Origin: a virus
Taxonomy: Duplodnaviria; Caudoviricetes
Virus record (IMG/VR): IMGVR_UViG_3300033153_006359
Span: 1 to 52,818 of that record
Reading direction: 5' to 3' (one strand)
DNA length: 52,818 bases
The position numbers were made by a program, and so were the translations under genes. The notes beneath the pieces are model-generated. The model ran no database searches and was not told where the DNA came from. It was given only the letters and a program-made list of their open reading frames with translations. Of this stretch, positions 45,923 through 52,818 are shown piece by piece (the first letter of the stretch is position 1; each line of letters opens with the position of its first letter).

Positions 45923-48426
45923 GTAGAAGAATTAGCTACGCACCGCAGAATAGTAAGGTCATCGAGATGAGGGGGGGTGTGGATGAGAATCTGCAGTCCC
46001 TTCAGCAGTCTCCTGGCACCCTCTTCGAGTGTGAGAACTATATGATAGCTGAGGGTGAGACAGGTGGCTACCGAGTCGTAGATGGTTATGATAGGTACGA
46101 TGGTACAGTTATACCCTCTGAGGTGATGACGTATGTGCTGAAGCTTAAAGGTACAGTTGAAGAGATTAGCAGTGGTGCTAATATTACAGGTGCTGTTGGT
46201 GATGTAGATTCAATAGCAGATTGCGTACTCTTTAGGGCCTTTACTGTAGAGTCTCAGGTTAATACATATCTCTTAGGAGAGGAAGTAAGCTTCGGAGGTA
46301 CAACCGTAGGTACTATTACTGCAATAGATAGTGATGCTATAACTGTACTTATAACCCTAGGCTATACATCACCTACTACTACATTGACTGGTGTATCCTC
46401 TGCAGCTACTAGTACTGTTACAGGCGTAGATGATGCTAGGAGCAGCTGCTCAGTAGAAGTTACAGTGGATGATGATGCCTTTGTAGGTGGAGAGGTACTT
46501 AGTGTATCTGGATCACCTGTAGGTACATACGCTGGATTAGCATACCAACTGCCTAGTACGTATCATCATCAAGCTTACTTAACTGCAAGGTTAGCAGTAG
46601 ATCCTGTTGGCACACCTGATTGTGAGGGTAATGTCTTAGGTATCTGTGTCTTTGAGGAAGAGCTATATGCATTCCGGAAGAAGAATGCACCTACTGATGA
46701 GATAGGTATGTACAAAGCTACAGGATCTAGCTGGGTAGAAGTAGATACCAGTGATGATCCTATATTGTATGGAGCCGGAGATGATGACCATGACTTTAAA
46801 TTTACTGTATATAACTTCTATGCTACAACAGATAGCAAGTCAGTGTACTGGACAGATACTTATAATCGTGCTAGGTCTTATGATGGGACTGTAGTTACTA
46901 CTCTGTACAACTGTGGTATGAGTAAGTTAGCTAATCCGAAGACAGATAGCCTTGAGGATATGGATGCATGCCTACAACTCAGCAAGAGGAAGTATGGTTA
47001 TGCCAACTTAGTAGAGGTACCACTAGATGTAGTGGCTGCTAATGATGCTGGAGATTGGTTAACTATAACCTTCGATCATGCAGATCTCTATGACTTCGTA
47101 GATGTAGAAGGGAACAAGACACTGCTAAGAGTCAATGGTGCAGACTATGAGGTAGGTCAAGTTACCCTAAGTGGATCTGAGACTATCACTATGGTCTTTC
47201 AATTAGAGGCCTCTGTAGCTGTTGATGATGTACTTTATGTATACTATGATGCTACGCAGGAAGTCAATACAGTTACTACTACATCTGCTACTGTAACTAT
47301 AGAAGGTACAGCATTCACTAGAGATCTTACACTGGATCCAAGTGATACAGATAAGCCCATTAATGTAATCGCTAGAGAGAATAGATTATTCTTAGCTTAC
47401 AAGTATGGCTCTCTCCAGTACTCAGCATTAGGAGAGCCAGGGGACTGGTATGGAGTCAATGGAGCTGGTGAGATAGGTTGTGGTAATGAGATTACAAACT
47501 TAGTGCTAGGTACAGGAGGCTCTTTAGTAATCCTTCAAACAGAGGGTATCCTTGCATTAACTGGTAGGACTCCTCTAGAGTGGCAGATAGAAACCTTTAG
47601 TCCAGTCTCCGGTGCCTTCGAGGGTACAGCTAAGAGACTGCTAGGTACTATCTTCTTCCTTGATGATAGGGGGTTAACTACACTGGAAGCTACAGATACC
47701 TTTGGTGACTTCGCAGCTAATAGTATTAGTGAGAAGTTTAAGAAGACCCTCTTTGAGAATAAGGATAATATAAGCTCTGTAGTGGTCAGTAGAGATCTCA
47801 ATCAGTACCGTATCTACTTTGATAATGGCTATGGTATCTACGTATCCTTTAAGGCTAAGGAGCTGCAGGGAGCTACCTTTATCAAGTTCCCTATCGCAGT
47901 TACTAAGACAGCAGAGGGTGAGGTCTCAGGTTCTCAAACTCTATACTTCGCTAGCGAAGATGTAGCTAATGGCTTAGGAGAGGATATAGAAGGCTACGTA
48001 TTCAAGATGGACTCTGGGCCTAATTTTGACTATGAAGAAGTCTACAGTAAGCTAGGTACTACGTACTATCACTATGGTTCCCCTAGGAACTGGAAGAGAT
48101 TTATCAGCGCTATGCTAGAAGGTCATCTAGCTTACAATCAAGAGTATAGTGTGAAGGTGGACTTCGATTATAATAGTAGTGCTCTACCGACTACACAGTG
48201 GCAGACAGGTACAGATGATGAGGGCATGCAAGGTGGTATATATGGCGATGGTACCTATGGAGAGGCTATCTATGGTGCCGGAGCTGTACTAACTCGTGCA
48301 CCTGTGTACTTGACAGGTTACGGGACTAACGCAAGCTTTAAGATTTATATGATGAGTACCTTTAGTACACCCGCTATACTCCAGAACATACTTGTCGACT
48401 ATTTATCCTACTCACGACGAATTTAA
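45919..48426 (+). CDS. tail nozzle / stabilisation protein (tubular B or P22 gp10-like)
   Basis: GGYR.VDGYDRYDG, NRLFLA...SLQYS..GEP..W....GAGEI, TFGDF...SIS, GSPR.WKRF; beta-rich. Confidence 0.8.
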   Translation: MSRRISYAPQNSKVIEMRGGVDENLQSLQQSPGTLFECENYMIAEGETGGYRVVDGYDRYDGTVIPSEVMTYVLKLKGTVEEISSGANITGAVGDVDSIADCVLFRAFTVESQVNTYLLGEEVSFGGTTVGTITAIDSDAITVLITLGYTSPTTTLTGVSSAATSTVTGVDDARSSCSVEVTVDDDAFVGGEVLSVSGSPVGTYAGLAYQLPSTYHHQAYLTARLAVDPVGTPDCEGNVLGICVFEEELYAFRKKNAPTDEIGMYKATGSSWVEVDTSDDPILYGAGDDDHDFKFTVYNFYATTDSKSVYWTDTYNRARSYDGTVVTTLYNCGMSKLANPKTDSLEDMDACLQLSKRKYGYANLVEVPLDVVAANDAGDWLTITFDHADLYDFVDVEGNKTLLRVNGADYEVGQVTLSGSETITMVFQLEASVAVDDVLYVYYDATQEVNTVTTTSATVTIEGTAFTRDLTLDPSDTDKPINVIARENRLFLAYKYGSLQYSALGEPGDWYGVNGAGEIGCGNEITNLVLGTGGSLVILQTEGILALTGRTPLEWQIETFSPVSGAFEGTAKRLLGTIFFLDDRGLTTLEATDTFGDFAANSISEKFKKTLFENKDNISSVVVSRDLNQYRIYFDNGYGIYVSFKAKELQGATFIKFPIAVTKTAEGEVSGSQTLYFASEDVANGLGEDIEGYVFKMDSGPNFDYEEVYSKLGTTYYHYGSPRNWKRFISAMLEGHLAYNQEYSVKVDFDYNSSALPTTQWQTGTDDEGMQGGIYGDGTYGEAIYGAGAVLTRAPVYLTGYGTNASFKIYMMSTFSTPAILQNILVDYLSYSRRI

Positions 48427-48437
48427 CTTAAGGACTT

Positions 48438-49922
48438 ATGATGGCATACTATACACAACCAGCACAGAAGCAGGATGGGGAGACTATCTTTGCTGCTGAC
48501 GTTAATGATCTTGGTGATGCAGCTGCAAACGCATTCGCTCAAGTAGATACAGATATGCAGGGTCAGCAAACTCTTGTAGAGAGTTATGCGGCTGCAGCAA
48601 GTGATTCAGCAGATGCTGCTGGTGACTCTGCATCAGCAGCCAGCGGCTCTGCAGTAGATGCCAGTGACTTCACAGATAAGGCTCAAGAGTGGGCAGAGAA
48701 TGCTGAGGATGTAGAAGTAGAGACTGGAGAGTACTCAGCACTACATCACAGTGCTAAGGCAGCACTTGCACAGGCCTCCGCTGAGAATAGTGCTAGCTTT
48801 GAAGGAGATTGGAGTGCAGGGACGTATACTCAACCAGCTTCCGTCTACCACTCAGACCACTTCTGGAATCTCTTAGTCGCTAGTACGACTGAGGAGCCTA
48901 GTGATGTAGCTACTGATTGGGTACGTACGGATACTGGATATACAGAGGCAGAAGCTGATGCTATTACAGACGCTATAGCTGCTGATGTGGCCCTTTGCTA
49001 CACTAAGACAGAAGCTGATGCAATCACAGACCCTATAGCTGCTGATGTAGCTCTATGTTATACTAAGACAGAAGCTGATGCAATCACCGATACTAAGGCT
49101 GAGGTGATATCTCAAGTCTACATTTATCTTGCAACCACAGGAGATGATGTCACTGGAGATGGTACTGTAGGCTCACCTTGGTATTCTCTAGAGAAGGCTA
49201 TAGATTACCTCGATGATAAGTTCATAGAATACTGTATCATCAGTATTGCTGCTGGAACTTATACAGGGCTGGGACGAGTTCTAATAAAGACACCGCATGC
49301 TAATAGGCTCACTATAGTCGGTGATGATAAAGCTACAACTATCTTGACTTTCACTACAGATGGGATAGATGTTCAAGGGGTTGCTCTCAATTATATATCT
49401 GCACTAACTTTAAAAGGGGTTGATGCAACAAGCAGATCAGGTATATCTGTTAGCGTAGGAGGCTCCATTAGCTCTGTCTCTAATGTAAAGGTTGATACTT
49501 TTGGTACGGGTATAGATGCGAGCGGAGGGAGTGTAGTAGATCTATATTCTGTGGATATATACAACTGCAAGACCGCCATCTACTTAACAGGTAACAGCTA
49601 TCTAGTGAGTAGCTCCACAAGTACTATAGATTGTAACTCATTAGCAAGCTCAATAGGTATAAGAGCCTATGAGGATTGCACAGTCCGGTTTGATAGCTGC
49701 GATATATCAAACGCAGTAGACGCAATAAAGGCAGAGAGGAGTAGTAAGGTGTACGCTGAGTATGTGACTTTCTCAGGGATCACCGGCTATGATGGATGGG
49801 CCCATTCTAATAGTTTTATAAGCGTTAATGGATCAACAGGCGGTACATCCTTCAACCCCGCAGTAACTACTGGTAATGTACCTACATTCTCTAATGCAGG
49901 CTCTTGGATCTATAAACCTTAA
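48438..49922 (+). CDS. tail fibre/spike with beta-helix-like C-terminus
   Basis: Ala/Ser coiled region, YSALH, YTKTE repeats, IYLATTGDD.TGDG...PW...KA, pectate-lyase-like strands. Confidence 0.8.
   Translation: MMAYYTQPAQKQDGETIFAADVNDLGDAAANAFAQVDTDMQGQQTLVESYAAAASDSADAAGDSASAASGSAVDASDFTDKAQEWAENAEDVEVETGEYSALHHSAKAALAQASAENSASFEGDWSAGTYTQPASVYHSDHFWNLLVASTTEEPSDVATDWVRTDTGYTEAEADAITDAIAADVALCYTKTEADAITDPIAADVALCYTKTEADAITDTKAEVISQVYIYLATTGDDVTGDGTVGSPWYSLEKAIDYLDDKFIEYCIISIAAGTYTGLGRVLIKTPHANRLTIVGDDKATTILTFTTDGIDVQGVALNYISALTLKGVDATSRSGISVSVGGSISSVSNVKVDTFGTGIDASGGSVVDLYSVDIYNCKTAIYLTGNSYLVSSSTSTIDCNSLASSIGIRAYEDCTVRFDSCDISNAVDAIKAERSSKVYAEYVTFSGITGYDGWAHSNSFISVNGSTGGTSFNPAVTTGNVPTFSNAGSWIYKP
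48940..49095 (+). repeat. 60-bp (20-aa) tandem repeat, about 2.5 copies
   Basis: EADAITD(A/P)IAADVALCYTKT repeated with synonymous differences. Confidence 0.85.
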
Positions 49923-49923
49923 T

Positions 49924-50733
49924 ATGTCTAATAAATACTACACAGCACCGGAAGCTCAATATGATGATCACCTTATCAATATTGAGGTACCACAGGATCC
50001 AGTAGAGGAGGCCTTCGAGTTAGTTGAGGAGGACATAAGCGACCACTTAGCAGACGTAAGTAACCCTCATGGGGTGCCTGTAGAAGATACGCTAATAAAC
50101 CCAAGATTAACTATCAACCAACGGGGCTTTAGTGGCACTTGGTCTTCTATCTCTGATGGTGTATATGGATGGGATAGGTGGAGGAAGGACGGGACGGATA
50201 TGGTACAACCTGTCCGTGAGCAGAACTATGAGTCAGATGCCACGTACTACTTATACGGCACTGGAGTTACTGATACAGAGCTAACTGCTCCATCTAGTGG
50301 AGCATGGGAGATCTCAGTACCTCAGACTGCTACAGAGGTGCATCTAGTACTTGGAGATAAGGAAGTACCAGTTAGGCGTAGATTGTATGAGGAAGAGCTA
50401 GACCTATGCATGGCATACTACAGAGTATTCTCTGGGACAGATATGTGGGCTATGAATGGGACAGCCTCAGTAGGGGATGTGGTATGCATAGTCCTGCCAA
50501 TATCTCCTAAGATGATACAGAACCCATCATCTGTTATTGTGACCAGCTCTTACTCCGTCACTGGTAAGATTACAGAGAGGTTATCTACTGGCGGGACTAA
50601 CCCAGCGTATGATGTGACACCCTCAGCTTTCGTAGTAAAATCGGATATAGCTGTATTAAGGCATGCAACTATAAACGCTGGAACTGTTGGATTTACATTT
50701 GCAACACTTAAGATAGATTCAGAGATATACTAA
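49924..50733 (+). CDS. tail fibre-associated protein
   Basis: HL.D.SNPHGV, LIN....INQRG...YGWDRW, EEL.LC..YY tail-fibre motifs. Confidence 0.7.
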   Translation: MSNKYYTAPEAQYDDHLINIEVPQDPVEEAFELVEEDISDHLADVSNPHGVPVEDTLINPRLTINQRGFSGTWSSISDGVYGWDRWRKDGTDMVQPVREQNYESDATYYLYGTGVTDTELTAPSSGAWEISVPQTATEVHLVLGDKEVPVRRRLYEEELDLCMAYYRVFSGTDMWAMNGTASVGDVVCIVLPISPKMIQNPSSVIVTSSYSVTGKITERLSTGGTNPAYDVTPSAFVVKSDIAVLRHATINAGTVGFTFATLKIDSEIY

Positions 50734-50762
50734 GATAAACGATAGACTACAGGAGAGACACA

Positions 50763-51284
50763 ATGGCTATCAATGAGAAGGTTTGCTCTAAGTGTGGAGC
50801 AGTTAAACCTCTCGGGCATTTCAATAAAGACTCTTCAAAGCCCTCTGGATACTACTCCAGTTGCAGAAGTTGTAATAAAGCTAGAGCTGTAGAATACTCT
50901 TCTCTAAATAGTGCTAAGATTGCCCAACGTGGTATGGATCACTATCTCGCTAATAAGGAGGAGATAAATAAGGCACGTAAAGAGGAGTATAAAGTTCCTA
51001 TTAATTTGTTCAAAAGGTACCAAAGCAGAGTAAAGCATCTCTACGGTATTAGTGCGAACGGTGTGATGGAGTTGATGAATAAGCAAAGAGGTTGTTGTGG
51101 TGTATGTGGTGAATCCTTAGTCTACCCTGATTCAGCTAGGAGCTATTGCATTGACCACGATCATAGTAGTATGTTAGTACGTGGATTACTTTGTCCACTA
51201 TGTAACACAGGCATAGGAGCACTTGGAGATAATCTTAGCTCCTTACAGAAAGCAGTAGAATATTTAAAGAGGACAGAATTATGA
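50763..51284 (+). CDS. Endonuclease VII-type HNH homing endonuclease
   Basis: CSKC...CRSC; QRGCCGVC...IDHDHSS..VRGLLCPLCNTGIG.LGD. Confidence 0.88.
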   Translation: MAINEKVCSKCGAVKPLGHFNKDSSKPSGYYSSCRSCNKARAVEYSSLNSAKIAQRGMDHYLANKEEINKARKEEYKVPINLFKRYQSRVKHLYGISANGVMELMNKQRGCCGVCGESLVYPDSARSYCIDHDHSSMLVRGLLCPLCNTGIGALGDNLSSLQKAVEYLKRTEL

Positions 51285-51526
51285 TTAACGAGACATTAAC
51301 AGGCAGTGACACAAGTGCTACTACGGTACCTACAGAGTCCGTAAGTGAGTTCAGTATAGTAGGGACAGGCAGAGTCATCTTAGAGATGCTCCCACCCTCT
51401 GGGAGTACATGGATCACCTTAAGCAATAGTATGCGTAAGGGATCTCTTAGTACTCCGGATCCAGCTGTAACATACAGGTTCCGCTCAGTGAATGCTACTA
51501 GCGTTACTTGCGTCTTTGGCCCATAA
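51281..51526 (+). CDS. small beta-rich virion-associated protein
   Basis: ATGA-coupled; V.LE......TW...YRF pattern. Confidence 0.55.
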   Translation: MINETLTGSDTSATTVPTESVSEFSIVGTGRVILEMLPPSGSTWITLSNSMRKGSLSTPDPAVTYRFRSVNATSVTCVFGP

Positions 51527-51572
51527 ATGAGACCCTATAAAACTTCTCTAGAGAATATTATAGGAGGACTCT

Positions 51573-52178
51573 ATGAAGATACAAAGTAGTAAGATAGAGC
51601 CGAAGATAGCAGGTAAGGTCTTCGGGAAGATACTAAGTGATAAGGTCTCACCGTGGCTCTACAGCTCCGCTGGGCTTCCACCAGTAGCTGATAAGTTGAT
51701 AGCATGGCTCAAGGGGCCTAATACTAGTACGGTGCTAAAGAAGGAGTACGTGAGTAAGTACGACTTCACTATCCAGAACTGTACACCAGATTACTTCCTC
51801 GATGGTAACAATGAACAGATACTAGATGGAGTAGGTGATCCTTTATGGGCAGAGCTACTATACACTGGGTGGGATTGCGAGTACTTAGCTCCTGCTAGTG
51901 GTAGTGCCGGGTACACAGAATTATTAGCTATCGACGATGGTACGCTGTATACCACTGGGACACCTGATGTACTTAGTAGGGCTGTACTAGAAGCTATCTC
52001 GAATGATCAGATGTTCTTCTGTAAGAATCCTGGGAAGGGTTTCGCTATATACTCAGAGGTACTTACAAGTACAGAACTATCATCCGTAGAGTCTTACTTC
52101 AGCTGCTATGAGAATACTATAGATAGCACAGATATGACTATGGATACTATAACACTTACAATGGATAACGAGGCATAA
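51573..52178 (+). CDS. hypothetical tail-associated protein
   Basis: AGGAGG SD; IYSEVLTSTEL..VESY; TIDST..T.D tail. Confidence 0.6.
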   Translation: MKIQSSKIEPKIAGKVFGKILSDKVSPWLYSSAGLPPVADKLIAWLKGPNTSTVLKKEYVSKYDFTIQNCTPDYFLDGNNEQILDGVGDPLWAELLYTGWDCEYLAPASGSAGYTELLAIDDGTLYTTGTPDVLSRAVLEAISNDQMFFCKNPGKGFAIYSEVLTSTELSSVESYFSCYENTIDSTDMTMDTITLTMDNEA

Positions 52179-52179
52179 C

Positions 52180-52818
52180 ATGGCACTAGAGACTATAGAT
52201 GTAGGTAGTGCTGCTAATGATGGTACAGGTGATACCATCAGAGCAGCAGGAACTAAGATAAATAATAATACGGCGTACCTTCAAGCATTCTTCGCTGCAA
52301 CTAAGAACCCTATGGGCTTTGATAGAGAGGGTGCGATTACCTCGCTGAGCACAGGAATCCTCCAGTACTGCCATAGTGCATCCAGTGGAATAGTCTATCA
52401 GGTAGGCAGCGATAAGGATGGAACCTTCAGTGAGTTAACTAGCCAGACTACATTCGCTGATGGGAGTACTGCATTAGCTGATAGAACTGTAGCTCTCTAC
52501 CATGACCCAGCGAAGGCTAACTTTAGCTACTGGTTCGAGGGAGAGCTCATTGAGGTTACAGGCATCAAGACTTATCAGGTACCAGTGAGTGGGGCTAATT
52601 ACTTATGTTTCAATAGCTCTGGTAATCTTGAGATAGAGAATGATGCTAGGACTGTAATTATGCATAAGGCTCTTGTAGCTCTTGTGTATAACAATGAGAC
52701 AGATAATATCTTCTTCGCTGATGAGAGACATGGCCTCGTGATGGATGGACATACGCACCTTAACTTACACCAGACCAGAGGCTTTAAGTGGGCCAAGGCT
52801 GGTGGTGGTTGCGAGGTA
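52180..52818 (+). CDS. partial tail fibre/baseplate-like protein, runs off the window (not in the ORF track)
   Basis: Own translation, open for 213 codons: MALETIDVGSAANDGTGDTIRAAGTKINNN...DERHGLVMDGHTHLNLHQTRG. Confidence 0.8.
   Translation, partial: MALETIDVGSAANDGTGDTIRAAGTKINNNTAYLQAFFAATKNPMGFDREGAITSLSTGILQYCHSASSGIVYQVGSDKDGTFSELTSQTTFADGSTALADRTVALYHDPAKANFSYWFEGELIEVTGIKTYQVPVSGANYLCFNSSGNLEIENDARTVIMHKALVALVYNNETDNIFFADERHGLVMDGHTHLNLHQTRGFKWAKAGGGCEV

Larger units (their letters stand above)
425..51555. repeat. dispersed quasi-palindromic motif YTC[G/T]CTAG[A/C]GAR, about 46 copies
   Basis: 26 exact TTCGCTAGAGA/TCTCTAGCGAA, 4 TTCGCTAGCGAA and about 16 variants counted by eye (positions in findings). 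Confidence 0.9.

Noticed and set aside
425-51555. Dispersed motif as CRISPR repeat, REP/MITE or phage promoter
   Set aside because: Only 10-12 bp, irregular kb-scale spacing, no conserved flanks, mostly intragenic and in both orientations
1-52818. Alternative genetic code (TAG recoding) suggested by abundant TAG/CTAG
   Set aside because: Core genes are full length under the standard code, and TAG serves as a normal stop (e.g. capsid, primase-helicase)

Overview
Nearly complete, circularly permuted genome of a lytic short-tailed (podovirus-type) dsDNA bacteriophage; no host genes, tRNAs, integrase or CRISPR array were seen. The + strand carries the packaging and structure arm: 38159-52818 (terminase, portal, scaffold, capsid, adaptor, nozzle, fibres) continuing into 1-12910 (lysis-type small genes, ejection proteins, a ~2050-aa polyvalent protein, a lysozyme-like protein). 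The - strand (37127-13024) carries the early and replication arm: small early genes, a CobT/VWA + CobS/MoxR pair, DNA ligase, T7-like primase-helicase, PolA, SSB and exonuclease, a sigma-like factor, RusA, ThyX-like, dUTPase, RNA ligase and class II RNR. The arms diverge from a ~1 kb non-coding region that probably holds the genome termini, and converge on an 18-bp inverted repeat. The most striking unexplained signal is a quasi-palindromic DNA word, YTC[G/T]CTAG[A/C]GAR, found about 46 times by eye, mostly inside genes, in different frames and on both strands, with density falling away from the presumed early end. The RNA ligase gene is also cut in two by an Endo VII-type homing endonuclease with no visible intron. 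All family assignments are from motif recognition, not database searches, and all counts are manual.
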